Origin: Mobula hypostoma | Taxonomy: Eukaryota | Direction: 5' to 3' | NCBI RefSeq assembly: GCF_963921235.1 | Contig: NC_086097.1 | Location: 72,046,001-72,110,000, forward strand | DNA length: 64,000 nucleotides | Shown: positions 24,740-37,530 of the stretch, in pieces | Position numbering within the stretch: the first letter of the stretch is position 1 | How the letters are laid out: every line of letters begins with the position of its first letter | The notes under the pieces: generated by a model | Database searches by the model: none | Told to the model about the DNA's origin: nothing | Seen by the model: the letters and a program-made list of their open reading frames with translations, nothing else | Translations under genes and position numbers: made by a program

Positions 24740-26170
24740 CCTGCGGTGTAAGGAAGCTAGAAGAGAACTCAAGAGGGTTAAGAAAACCAAGAGTTGCCAA
24801 AAAAATTCCTTGGCAAAGAGGATTAAAAAGAATAATCCTGGAAATCATAAATTGCTCTGTCTCATGTCACTGACAGGAAAGCTGTTGCAGAAGGTTCTTA
24901 AAGATGGTACCAATGAACATTTGGAAAACCATGGTCTAATTAGGTTCAGTCAAAGTCAGCATGGCTTTGACAGGACAAGCCACATCTTGCTAAGTTGCCT
25001 GACTTTTTGTGGAACTGTTGAAGGATATTATCGAGGGTAGAACTGTGGATGTTGTCCAATTGGATTTTAGTCAGGTGCTTACGCAGGACCCTTATGATAG
25101 GCTCATCAGGAAGATTAAGATGCATGGGATCTATGGCAAATTGTCCATTTAGATTCAGAATTGGTTTGGCCATAGAAGACAGAGACTAGTACCGATGGGA
25201 CTAATTCTGGCTGGAAGTTCGTGACTAGTGCTGTTCCACAGGGAACCAGACGGGGAGCTCTGCTACTCAGATGAAAACAATGATGGTGTGTGCAGATGTC
25301 ACGTTGATCAGTGGTGTTGTGGATGGCGTAGAAGGTTGCCAAAAAATAAATTGGGTTACAGATCAGTTGCAGGTATGGGCAGATAAATAGCAATCGGAAC
25401 TTAATCCAATCGCTATGAGTTACTTCGCATTAAGAGATCAAATGTAAAGGGTCAGTAGACATTTAATGGCAAGACCCTTAACAGTGTTGATGTACAGGAG
25501 AATCTTGGTTTGCAGGCCCATAGCATTACAGTGACACTACAGGTTGATAAGATGGTAAAGATGATGTATGGCATGCTTGACTCTATTAGTCAAGGCATTG
25601 AATTTAAGAATCAGGAAGTTAAGTTGCAGCTTTATGAAACTCTAGTTAGGCCACAGCTACAATACTGCTTTCAACTCTGGTTACCCATTATCAGAAAGAT
25701 GTGGAGACATTGTAGAGGGAACAGAAGATGTTTACTAGGATACTGCCTGGATTAGCGTGCATGTGCTGTAAGGAGAGGTTGAACAGTTGGGGTGTTTTCT
25801 TTTATGTAATGAGGGCTGTGGAGAGATGTGACTGAAGTTTTTTAAATTATCAGAAGTGTCTTATTATCTTATTAGCTACTATCTTATTCTCAAGGTCAAA
25901 GTGCATTTTAGGTGAGGGGGTTAAGTCAGTGGAGATGGTTGTGGCGAATACTTTGTTACAAAGAGTGGTTGATATCTAGTATGTGCTGTCAGGAGAGGGA
26001 GGTACAAGTAATAGAAGTGCTTAAAAAGCTTTTAGATAGGCACATTAATGCTGAAAGAATGGAGGGATGTGAACCTTGTAAACAGAATGGATTAGCTTAG
26101 TTAGGCATTTCATCATTACATCATGGGCCAAAGGACTTGTTCCTGAGCTGTACTTATCTGTGTTCTCCCT
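24740..26170 (+). mobile_element. Old CR1-type LINE fragment
   Basis: SQHGF and LYETLVRPQLQYCFQLW motifs, with a CR1-type 3'UTR. Confidence 0.85.
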
Positions 26171-26506
26171 AAAATGTTATTTTGAAATGATGCATCAGGT
26201 GTACTGGATGGGAATTACATTATGTTGGCCTGTTCAGTTCTTTTACATCTCATGCTAACTTAATCACAGGTTTGGAAGGGAAACTGAAGTCCGTCAATTT
26301 ATGTTACTAGCTAGCCAAGATCAGTGCTGAAAAATGTTTACTATAGTGTATTTGGAGTGCTATGGGACTGAGCTGGGAAACACCTCTGGGCTTGTAAATG
26401 ATATCTCTATTCCATGCACATCCCATTGTCCTAATGCTATAAATAAAGATTAACACAAGAGAGTCTGCAGATGTTGGAAACCTTTGGCAACACATGCGCC
26501 CGCGTG

Positions 26507-26530
26507 CACACACACACACACACACACACA
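26507..26530. repeat. (CA)n microsatellite
   Basis: About 12 CA units, directly after a Penelope terminal-repeat-like stub (TCTGCAGATGTTGGAAAC). Confidence 0.95.
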
Positions 26531-26603
26531 GTTGCAAGACAACAACATATTGTTATCTTGCAACTGGGAAATTCTGCAAAGCAATCCAATTATCATTAAT
26601 GAT

Positions 26604-26775
26604 GCATGGTAGTGTAGTGGTAAGCACAACGTTTTACAGTACCAGAGACACTATTTGGTCATTGTAAATTGTCCCGTGATTAGGCTAAGGTTAAAATTGG
26701 GGGACTGCTGAGTGGCTTGGCTCGAAGGGCCTGAAGAGCTTACTCCATGTTGTATCTCAATAACTAAATAAATAC
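26604..26775 (+). mobile_element. Internally deleted SINE (family of 23195-23478)
   Basis: Shares the head and TTGGTCATTGTAA...GATTAGG...TGTATCTC with that copy and has an A-rich tail. Confidence 0.7.
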
Positions 26776-28159
26776 AATAAATATTAATTTCATTCCTAAA
26801 GCATTAGAACCACTAGGTATTTGCTTGGACAGGTAAGACCTTAGGAAAAGATCACCATCATTTTATTTTCTTTATGGACGTAATCAGAGTTCTATTAATA
26901 TAATTTTATCATAGTGGTTCTACGGTGGTAAATATACTCAAAGACAGAAAATGTCACTGCATTCAATTTCAAATCCTTTCAGAGTGCTGCATAATATGTT
27001 TGATCTACTTCGCAGCAAGAGGAGAAATATTAGCCTAATTACAAAGTCGTAATTAGTTCAATTTATTTTTATTGCTTCCTACATTTGATTTTTTTCTCTC
27101 TATGAATGTGATAGATGAATTTAATCAAAAGAGGGCTGGCTTTTTTTTTGAAAATACAATGCTGGCTACCAGCCACTGACCGCTGGCGTAGTGCCACTGT
27201 GTGAATCTGTGAGGTGGAATTCTGCAGAGAGTCAGGGAAAAGCAAAGTCAAATCCATTTATCATGAAAGTACCCATGTGCTGTGATATATTAGAGGAAAG
27301 GGTTTGCCAAAGTGGAGCTCCTTCTTTTATACTCCCTTTGTTAAAATCAAAACTACACAATTAGAATTAGAATAAATAAATGCCCTCAGGATGTGCAGGT
27401 GATAACAGTAAGGCAAGTGTTACAGAGTATATAGGACCTTCCTGTAAATGGAACAGGCAGAAGATTGGCTTCCTTTAATATCTAGGAAAAGTGCATAAAA
27501 ATGATACTAGGCAGGGAGACCGTTAGTTTTTGTAGAAGGCAGTAATATGCTGAATGCCGATGGTGAAAGGATGACAGATGGGCTTTGTAGAGGAAAATGC
27601 ACATATAGATAGATCTATCCCCTGTAAGATATTCCACTGTGGAGCTGACTGAGGAATCTACACAAGCCATGTCATTTTGATGGTGAATCAAGTCAAGTTA
27701 GGGCTGCAGATTAGGCAGGCATTGGATCTGGAGCCAGATCGGGTCACAGCAAAGTTCGCAGGATATGCAATGGCAAGAGGGTTATCAGAGCAGGGACCAG
27801 GAAGCATGAGACTGTGAACACCAATGGGTAGGGTAGGGAGGTTTAGCCTTTGACCATATCTCTTAAGAACATGATTAGCCAGAAGGGGAAAGCCGAAAAA
27901 ACAACAAGCAAAGTTCTTGTGGGCCTACCTACCAGAAGATCAACACTGAGTTTCCTCAGTAGGACTCACTCCTCTGACTAACACAGAGAAAGGCCTCCAT
28001 TAAGGGTTGCATCCATGTGACTGACCTGTGAATTCTATCATCTGGGTTCATATGAACTTTGCACAACTAATGTCAATTTATTAATTTTAAGCCATTTGAT
28101 ATCACAGCAGCCCAATAGTTTCCACGTGCATGCTCTTTATATTCGGAGTTTATCTAGAA

Positions 28160-28312
28160 AATCAAAAGAACTGAAGAAGCTGAAAATCTAAAATCAAAGT
28201 CAATGCTGGAAACACTCAGGTCAGGCCACATCTACAGAAAGAGAAACAATTATGTTAATTTCCCATGGATGAAGCCTGACCAGCTTAGTATTTCCAGCAT
28301 TTTCTCTTTTTA
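28160..28312. repeat. Short palindromic element derived from a Penelope terminal repeat
   Basis: AATGCTGGAAACACTCAGGTCAGG ... CCTGACCAGCTTAGTATTTCCAGCATT inverted arms. Confidence 0.55.
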
Positions 28313-30169
28313 CCGTACCTGGAACATATTCAAACAAATGGACACAGTCTGACAGTGCAGAAGGAATTTCTCCCACGGTTGACTTCTTAACCAGTGAATA
28401 TAAAATAGCAATCTAAGGAAGCGTAGTAAACGACAATAGGTGAATTCAGAATCCGACCAGGTAATGAAAGATGCTAACTGGGTAGATACAATCCAATCTG
28501 ATCTGAGACTTTGTGGCTTGGATTAAAGGATGTCAGGAGCAGCCACAAAGGAAAGCATTAAACTGCACAACCTACATATTTGCAGTTTATGAGTTTGAGC
28601 ATCACTGATCATGGTCTGTATTGCTATCTCACAAAACCAAGTCCCCAGTGGGATTCAAAAGGCAATAACCCTGGATAACAGTCAGCCTTATACCACACCA
28701 ATGTCCACAACTGAATGAGATCCCTTGTGGCCAGTTTAATTTTCAAATTAATGTTCAAATGCAGTGTCAGAATTTTGCTATTCTAATCGATTAAGTGTGA
28801 CTGACAAATCAGCCATTCTTTTGTTGTGGCAACTCAAAATTTGCAAGGCGTCTCTTCCTTACCTCAGTTGCCTGCCAATTTGTGTAAGTATTAGTAACGG
28901 CATAGATCATACTGAAAAGCTAGACCACATTAGATGCTGACACTGTATCTTGAAAGGATTCCACTTAATCACAAAACACAGAGCCAGCCAGGACTGAAGG
29001 AACCAAAATTCCTTGCATTCGGAAACAGGATTAGCAAGTCTCTAGTTATCCAAGTAAACCCAGTTCACTGTAAGGGAGGAGAAAGTAATGGAGCCCTGTA
29101 TTTTAATATTGTATTATTTTTCTCTCCTATTAAATTTAATTGGTTTTACTTTGCATATTTTAATTAGTTAAAGCAATTGATCTACGCAAAAAAAATCCCA
29201 GTCTGTTTTCAATGGAAATTAATATTTTTCAAATGTACAAAGCTCAGTTTTTCAGATGCGTAGTTCCACAATCCTTATTCACGTGTTTGTCAAAGCAAAT
29301 GCTAATTTCTTATTTTTATTTAATTGGATCAATTTAGCAATTCCATTTTCAATTTTCACTGGAGTGAATACATAGAAGTTCTGTATGAACTGCAAAATTA
29401 CCGGTAAGAAATGTTGTTCTTACAGACACAGTCGATTATTCTGGTACCATCCTCATTTGTCTCATATTCCTTAAAAATTTACCAGTGAATTCTTACTAAT
29501 GAATAACTTAATATGTAGGCTTGCCCTTCCTTATTTCTGATGTAACTTTGTTAACCATGCTTTTCCAAAGAACTTTACTGTACCTAAGGCAAATAAGGCT
29601 TCTACTGTAATGAGGACACTGGGGAGAATAGTCATGTGCAGAATGTGTAAGCCTTGTGGATTCATCAAATCAATATCTAACACAATTGGCTCAGTTCACG
29701 GTGGTGCCAAGACTGCCTAATTTATTGACTGAAGCTGTCCTATTTGATAAAAGGGGAGCCAACCCATGCTTTACTTTGTTATCTTTGAATCAACAGATGG
29801 CACAGGCAGAATGAAACCACTTAGGAGATTTGTGGGAAAGAAGAAGCAAACCATTTGTTATCCTTTCCTTGCCCTAGCCTTGCAAGATTTCCTCATTTAA
29901 AAAAAAGCAACCTGCATCATTTTAGAAGTTACTGCTTTCCCCCTTTTCAGACAGACTATTCTGATAACAAGTTGCTGTATTGTACAACGTAAATAAACAT
30001 GTACACTTCTTTATCAAATGTTTTAATGCTTAACAACTCTTCAAAACTCTAGATTATTTTGAGCAGCTCTTATAAATCTAACATCAATCCTTTGCAGTGC
30101 AGGAGTGATTCCAATATATTTAAACTCTCCATGTAATCCAGACTCTTCATTTCTGGTGTATTTTCTCAA

Positions 30170-30500
30170 TGATTAAAACCAAAGAGCAAAACAGCACAGA
30201 AACAGGCCTTTCACCCCAGAGTGCACATCAACATCAACCATCCATTTACACTCCTCCTACGTTAACCCAATTTTTATTCTGCCTTCAGTTTCTGGCATTC
30301 ACCTGCACAGTAGCAGCAAGTAGCCATCTACAGTTAGCAATTAACCTATCAACCTACACATCTTTGGGATGTGGGAGGAAATACTAATACAAGAAATGAA
30401 TCCATATCATCACAGGGAAAACTTGAAAATAACACACACAGGGCACCTGAGGTCTATGGCACCATGAGGCAGTAACTCTACCAATTGTGCCACTACCACC
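30170..30500 (-). mobile_element. CR1-type 3' end plus HE1-like SINE fragment
   Basis: ACAGCACAGAAACAGGCCTTTC tail, followed by TCTTTGGGATGTGGGAGGAAA...CACAGGGAAAAC SINE core. Confidence 0.6.
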
Positions 30501-31579
30501 ATCTTGACATCTTTCCAAAGGTCCACATGAGGTCCGATTATACACAGGTCGGGTTCCAGCGGAGGCTTTCCATCCATTCTAAACAATGTATTTGCAAAGG
30601 TGTCAAGAAGTTATAGTTTCAAACATTGAATAAAATGTCCATGTGTGTACTTCATTGTTCTGCTAATGGATCCGTGACCCTCTGCACAATTTTAAAGGCC
30701 TTCTCAGCTTGTCCTGCCACCTTTCAAAATTTTGCTTTCATTCCCAGTTCGTTCTGTTCCTGCCCCACTCTCAAGCTGTATCATTTCTACTACACTGCCT
30801 CTCTTCATTCTTCTTATAAAGTCATAGCACTCCATCAAATTATATCTGCCAGGTACCTGGCCATATCAGTAATGAGACTTTGTTAACCAATTAATACTGA
30901 TTAAAATTTACTTCTTTAAGGTCAACAGTATAAGAAATCAAGTAACTCTAATACATAAAAACTCAAAGGAAACACTATTATTTATATGAACAACCATAAT
31001 GTATGAAATAGGACATTCTGTTTGTTAAATAATCCCAATCATTTTTGCTTATTTATCTCCAGGTTTTAATGTTACTAGCAAGCAAGTTATTTCATCAATT
31101 CTATGCAGCAGCTCGTGCACAAGGTTATTAGTAGAATACGGTTGTGGGCCGTTCAAAAATTTTTGCCTCTCACTCATGGGATTGAGGTTTGTGGTTCATT
31201 GGGAGTGAAGTGGGTTGCTTAGCTCTTGAATAAAACGAGTAGGATGCTAGAAATATTCCCCTGTCTCTGCAATATTTGTAACTGTGGGGCTGGAAAACAG
31301 CATGATACCTACCAAATAAGTGTTCTTTTTAAATGGTGCATCTTAATCATGATGATGGAGATCAGAGTCATGTTGCCATTATTATCTAGCCTCACAGACA
31401 GCAGATGGCAATTAGTGGTGGGCAAAATCAAAAGCAGAAGCAGCTGGGAGATTTCACCAGTCTGATCAAGTTTGGTGCAGAAGATGGAATTACAGATGAA
31501 AATATTTTTTTTAAATTAAAGGGGTATGTATACGATGAGAGCAGTGGTACTCAGAGAGAGGTACCTCAGCACAAACGTG

Positions 31580-31752
31580 ATCCTTCCCCCTTGCCCGGCT
31601 TCACCTATCACCTCCCAGCTTGTACTCCTTTCCCCACTAGCCACCTATCCTACTTTCTTCCCCCTTCCTTTCCAGTCCTGATGAAGGATCTTGGCCTGAA
31701 ACATTGACGGCTCATTCCTCTCCATAGATGCTGACTGGTCTTCTGAGTTCCA
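31580..31752 (+). mobile_element. Penelope terminal-repeat fragment, interrupted by CR1 and resuming at ~32710-32740
   Basis: CCAGTCCTGATGAAGGATCTTGGCCTGAAAC...GATGCTG...GAGTTCC, then CAGTTCCTCCAGCGTCTTGTGTG after the CR1. Confidence 0.75.
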
Positions 31753-31764
31753 TATAATGACTAT

Positions 31765-32705
31765 GTACAGTAACCATATAACAATTACAGCACAGAAACA
31801 GGCCATCTCGGCCCTTCTAGTCCGTGCCGAACGCTTACTCTCACCTAGCCCCACCGACCTGCACTCAACCCATAACCCTCCATTCCTTTCCTGTCCATAT
31901 ATCTACCCAATTTTACTTTAAATGATAATATTGAACCTTCCTCAACCACTTCTGCTGGAAGCTCGTTCCACACAGCTACCACTCTCTGAGTAAAGAAGTT
32001 CCCCCTCATATTACCCCTAAACTTGGAAAAAGCCTATCCACGCCAACTCTATCTATACCCCTCATAATTTTAAATACCTCTATCAAGTCCCTCCTCAACC
32101 TTCTACGCTCCAAAGAATAAAGACCCAACTTGTTCAACCTTTCTCTGTAACTTAGGTGATGACACCCAGGTAACATTCTGGTAAATCTTCTCTGTACTCT
32201 CTCTATTTTGTTGACATCTTTCCTATAATTCGGTGACCAGAACTGTACACAATACTCCAAATTTGGCCTTACCAATGCTTTGTACGATTTTAATCCCAAC
32301 TCCTATACTCAATGCTCTGATTTATAAAGGCCAGCATACCAAGAGCTTTCTTCACTATCCACATGAGATTCCACCTTCAGGGAACTGTGCACTGTTATTC
32401 CTAGATCCCTCTGTTCTACTGCATTCTTCAATGCCCTACCATTTGCTATGTATGTCCTATTTTGGTTAGTCCTACCAAAATGTAGCACCTCACATTTATC
32501 AGCATTAAACTCCATCTGCCATCTTTCAGCCCACTCTTCTGACTGGCCTAAATCTCTCTGCAAGCTTTGAAAACCTACTTCATTATGCACAACTCCGCCT
32601 ATCTAAGTATCGTCTGCATACTTACTCATCCAATTTACCACCCCATCATCCAGATCATTAATGTATATGACAAACAATCCAGATCATTAATGCATATGAC
32701 AAACA
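31765..32705 (-). mobile_element. CR1-type LINE 3' fragment (young)
   Basis: LVRPNLEYCVQFWSP and WQMEFNADKCEVLHFG. 29-bp tandem duplication at the 5' truncation point. Confidence 0.92.
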
Positions 32706-33099
32706 AATCCAGTTCCTCCAGCGTCTTGTGTGTTACCCTGCATATTACCAAATTTAGCCTAAATCTCTTTTCTGGTTTTCTTTTTTTTTTCTGAAGAGGA
32801 AGTGGCAGCTGAAGTAATAAGCCTGTTGGAAAGATAAACTGTTGTTTTTTTGAAATTTTATTTGATTTCATCGCAGCATCAGTATAGGAGGCCAAAATTA
32901 CAGTGTAAATTGAAGGGGAGTAGCAAGGTGTTTTTGCAAGTTTGAAAGATCTGGGATAGCATGATAACTAACAATTAAGTCTGCATTTGTCTTCTGTATG
33001 TAAGATGCCGGAAAATATATAACTTCCAATATCAGCTCAGTATTTTCAGCTATGCTACTTAAAAGGCTGGTGCACAGGGTGCAGCTTATTGTCATATGA

Positions 33100-33530
33100 C
33101 CATAAAACATATGAGCAGAATTAGTCTGCTCCAGTCATTCATCCTCAACTCCATTCTCCTGCCTTTTCCCAGTAATATTTGATGCCTTGACTAATCAAGA
33201 ACCTATCAACCAAATACACCCAATGAATTGGCCTTCATAGCCATCTGGGGCAATGAATTCTACAAATTCACTACCCTCTGGCTAAAGAAAATTCCTCCTT
33301 AACTCTGTGTTAAATGGATGTCTCTCTGTTCTGAGGTTGTGTCCTCCCTCACTACAAGAAACATCCTCCACATATTCACTCTATCTAGGCCTTTCAATAT
33401 ACCCAGAGCCAGCAAAAGTTCCTCATACGTTAACCCAATCATTCCTGGAATCATTCTCACGAACTTCCTCTGTACCCTCTCCAATGCCAGTATGTCTTTT
33501 TTAGATAAGGATCCCAAAACTCTTGAATTT
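33100..33530 (-). mobile_element. CR1-type LINE 3' fragment with deletions
   Basis: KDILALERVQRKFVRMIPG motif and 3'UTR. Confidence 0.82.
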
Positions 33531-33659
33531 CTGAGATCACTTCCCATTAAGAAGGCACCAGCAAACTATGATTCCACAAGTGACATCTTCCAGATAGTCA
33601 AACACTTCAGCTTTTCGTTATCTTCTGCTTATTCTTTTTATCTTAATTTTGGCTTTGAA

Positions 33660-34328
33660 ACTGTTGGAGCCTGTGCCTTACAGTCTGTAGTTTGCCCGAG
33701 TAAGCTAGCGCTCTACTGTCCCCGAGAAATCTCCAGGAGAGAAATGCGAGTGTGAGTTACCATGAGGAAAGGCTCAGAAACAAGTTGAGAGGCCATGTTC
33801 AACTACATTTCTTGCTGATTATAGCGTCGGGGTAGTTCGAAAAGCAGAGCAAGCGGTTCTTGGAGAGGCATTGTTTTGAGTCATTTTTGTCACTTTGGTT
33901 CAAGTTGCTTTCCATGGAGGGCCGCTGGATTAAGTAACTGCCTTCAGAGGGGCCACTGGGTCCTGACGCTCTTGGAGCTCTGATCGAAATTCTGAGATTT
34001 ATGGATTGGAATGTACTTGATATTGGCTTCTTTCAGTTCTGTGTGTTTTTTTAGTGTTCTGGCATATTCTTTCTTGTTGCCAATTGGCGGGCTGGGGTTT
34101 TGGGTGATCTGTTAGTTTTTGTGCGAGGGAGGAGTTGGGGGTGTTTGAGGTTTGCAGGTTTTGTTTATTTTTCTTTTCATGCGGGGGTAGGGATTGATAT
34201 CTTTCTTTCCACTACTTACATGGTTTTTTGAATTCTATGGCTATCTAGAGAAGACAAATTTCAGAGTTATAGTCTACATAGATACTTTGATAAAAAAAAT
34301 GAACCTTTGAACCTTTGAACCTTTAACC
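33660..34328 (+). mobile_element. Unclassified non-autonomous retroposon with (GAACCTTT)n tail
   Basis: CpG-containing head, GT-rich body and three tail repeats. The 3' end is shared with 7425-7620. Confidence 0.5.
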
Positions 34329-34329
34329 T

Positions 34330-36430
34330 CTTCCACAAATACTTAATTATTTTATCCACCATTTCTTTCTTCCCCCACTACTCCCTCACCTCTCTTTTAC
34401 TCCTTATATATCTGAAAATAAAACTTTTACCATTTTCCTTTATATCATTGGCTAGCTTACCTTCATATTTCAGTTTTTCTCTCCTTATGGCTTCTTAGTT
34501 GCTTTCTGTGGTTTTTGAAAGCTTCCCAATCTCCTAACTTCCCACTAATTTTTGCTATATTGTATGCCCTCTGTATTGTAAGATCCTCCCTTTAGAATAC
34601 TCTTCATCTTTGGGATGTTTCTATCCCAAGCCTTCTGAATTGCTCCCAGAAACTCCTGCTACTGCTGATCTGCCATCATCTTGTTAGTGTCCCCTTCCAA
34701 CCAACTTTGGCCGGCTCCTCTCCCATGCCTTTGTAATTCCATCTACTCCACTGTAATACTAATACGTCCGCCTTTATCTTCTCCCTCTCAAACTGCAGGG
34801 TGAATTCTACCATAGTATGATCACTGCCTCCTATGTCACATCTTTTTTAATAATAGTCAAGAACAAACATAACGCCACGGCAATCACTGTAAACAGTATA
34901 GCATGGGAACAGGCCCTTCAGCTGATCTAATTAAATTTAATTAAGCGCCAAACTGAACTAATCCCTTCTGTCTACACAAGTTTCATATCCATCTATTTTC
35001 TGCACATTTATATGCCAACCTAAGTGGCTCTTACTAGTAGCAACATTATAATATTTACCACCACAATCACTTCTGGAAGTGATTTTCAGACACTATTCTG
35101 TTTTTCTTTTTTTCAGAAAGATCTTGCCTGGCACACCTCCTTTGATCTTGCCCTCTCACTTAAAATGCATGCCCTCTTATATGGGACAACTCTGGGGGAA
35201 AAACAAAGGCTGTCTATTCTACCAGTGACTCTCATTCTATTATAAACTTCTGTCAGTCATCCTCTGTCACTTCAAAGAACACAACCCAAGTTTATCCAAT
35301 CTCTCCCAATAGCATGTGCCCTCTAATCCAGGTAATCCTAGTAAAACTCTTTGGCATGTTCTCCAAAGCCTCAAAATACTTCCATTCATGAGGCAAACAA
35401 AATTGAATGCAATACTCCAGATTTTGTCTAACTAAAATTTTATAAGGCTGCAACATAACTTCCTGACTCTTGAATTCAATGTTTCAGGTAATAAAGACAG
35501 GCATGCTAATATGCCTTCTTTACCACGCTAGCAACCTGTGTAGCCTCTTTCAGGGAGCTATAGACTTGTACCTCATGTTTCCTCTGTACATCAGTAATAT
35601 TAAGGGACCTGATATTAACAGTATGTTGTTCCCTTACATTTGATCTTCCAAAATACAACACCTCAGACCTGGCCAGATTAAATTCCATCTGCCATTTCTT
35701 CACCCATATCTGCAACTGATATGCTTCTACACTATCCACAATCCCACCAATCTTTTGTGTTATCCGCAAAATTGGTAACCCACCCATCTGTCCAGGTATA
35801 TCACAAACAACAGAAGTCACAGTATATATTCCTGCAGGACATTACTAATCAAAGACATCCAGCTAGAATAAATTCTATGAATCACGACCCTCTATATTCT
35901 ATGATCAAGCCAGTTCTGAACACAAATGGCCAATTCACTGTGGGTCCCATGCACTTAATCTTGTGGATGAGGATACCATGTGAGACTTTGCAAATGTCTT
36001 ATTAAATTCATGCAGAGAATAAGCACAGCTTGACCATCTTCAACTTCTTGAAAAGCTCAGTCTAGTTAGTAAGACATGACCTGCCTTGCTTGAAGCCATT
36101 TTGACTGTCCCAAATTAGGCCATGGTTTTCCAAATGCTCAATATTTGTTCCCAAGTATGCTAATTCTTAATCTATTCCTAATAGCCTCCCTACCACTGCA
36201 ATTTGACAGAAATCTGCAGTTTCCAGGATTATCCCTTCTTGAATAATGGAACAACATTATTATGGGCCAGTCCTCTAGAACCTCACCCATGACTAGAGAG
36301 GACTCTAAAGTATTAGACAAAGCCCAGTATTCCCAGCTGTTGTCTCTCTCAGTAATCCAGGTTATATTCTACCCGATTCTGAGGAATTATCCAACTTAAT
36401 GTTCTTTAAGAGACCCAACCCTTCCTCCTT
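34330..36430 (-). mobile_element. CR1-type LINE fragments (two pieces, junction ~34830-34880)
   Basis: KIGGIVDS and WQMEFN (35506-35820), with DNPGNCR upstream. Confidence 0.82.
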
Positions 36431-36454
36431 TATTTCAAAATGCCTATTCTATTA

Positions 36455-37530
36455 TTTGACAGACTGCTCATTCTACACGGGTAGGTGTAGAATGTTAATT
36501 GGCTCAGTTCAAGGCTTCTGTGAACTGCAGGCTCCATGTTCCCTGCCACATTTGAAATTTTCGCAATAAACCCAACAAAAATATAAGTTGTTGCTCTATT
36601 TTTTCTTTTCTTCACTTAGCAAAGACTATGAACTTCAACTATGTACTTGATCTCTCTTGACCCACCTCCTAATCTTTACTTGCATCAGATGATCACTGTC
36701 ACTTCTGATCTATTCCCTTAGGCACTGAATAATTTGGTTTAATCAAAGGTCAGATTCATCCTCCTTTGCCCTCACCCTCAAAAGAGATTTGGTACATGAG
36801 CAGTGCCTCAACGTCCTTTATTTCCACACCAGTGGTTAAAAAGCCATTATACTGCAATCCAAGGGATGCTAGGCAGTCCTACGTGTACAAAGGAGCAAGC
36901 AAGAATTCTGCTTTGATGAGACCAGAAATGGAACAAGAATAGCAAAGAGGCAAAAACACAACTAAATGTGAACAGACACAATTATACAACAGAGGACCAA
37001 AGACATGTTACTGCTGAGATTTGGAGAAACAGGGAGGATATAGTTCACATGGAAGACAGTAGAGACTCGACCCACATCATGCACCTGATCAAACAAGGTC
37101 ATTGTGGAGCAAGTACTTCCATTCTGGAGGAACAGGCACCTACCTCATCAGGGAACACAACAGAGAGGCTTGCTGGATTAAAGCAGATCTGAAGATGCCA
37201 GAGGATATGCCATTTGCCCTGAAGAGTGAGGCCACCACTGTTTGGAAAAGGGGCCTAGGAAAACCACAAAGTATGGTGAAAAAGACACTCAAGTTAAGCT
37301 TGGGAGGAAGGATGGGGATTATGTCAAGAGCGGTTGACTGTGAATTGTTGAAGTTCCTGGCCACAGCAAAGAAAAGAGAAGAAAAATGGAGCAACAACTT
37401 GTATTTTAAGTTTATTGCTAAAACTTCAACTGAGGCAGGGAATATGAGAGTGTGAGGGAGTGACTGAAATAGAATGAGCTGGTGGTGTTAAACTGACCTC
37501 AATTAACATCCTAGACCCACCAGTAATAAT
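36455..37530. mobile_element. Putative non-autonomous DNA transposon with ~170-bp degenerate terminal inverted repeats
   Basis: The reverse complement of 36460-36640 (GTTGAAGTTC...GAGCAACAACTTATATTT...GTTTATTGCGAAAATTTCAAATGTGGCAGGGAACATG...CAATTAACATTCTACACC) matches 37346-37530. Confidence 0.7.
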
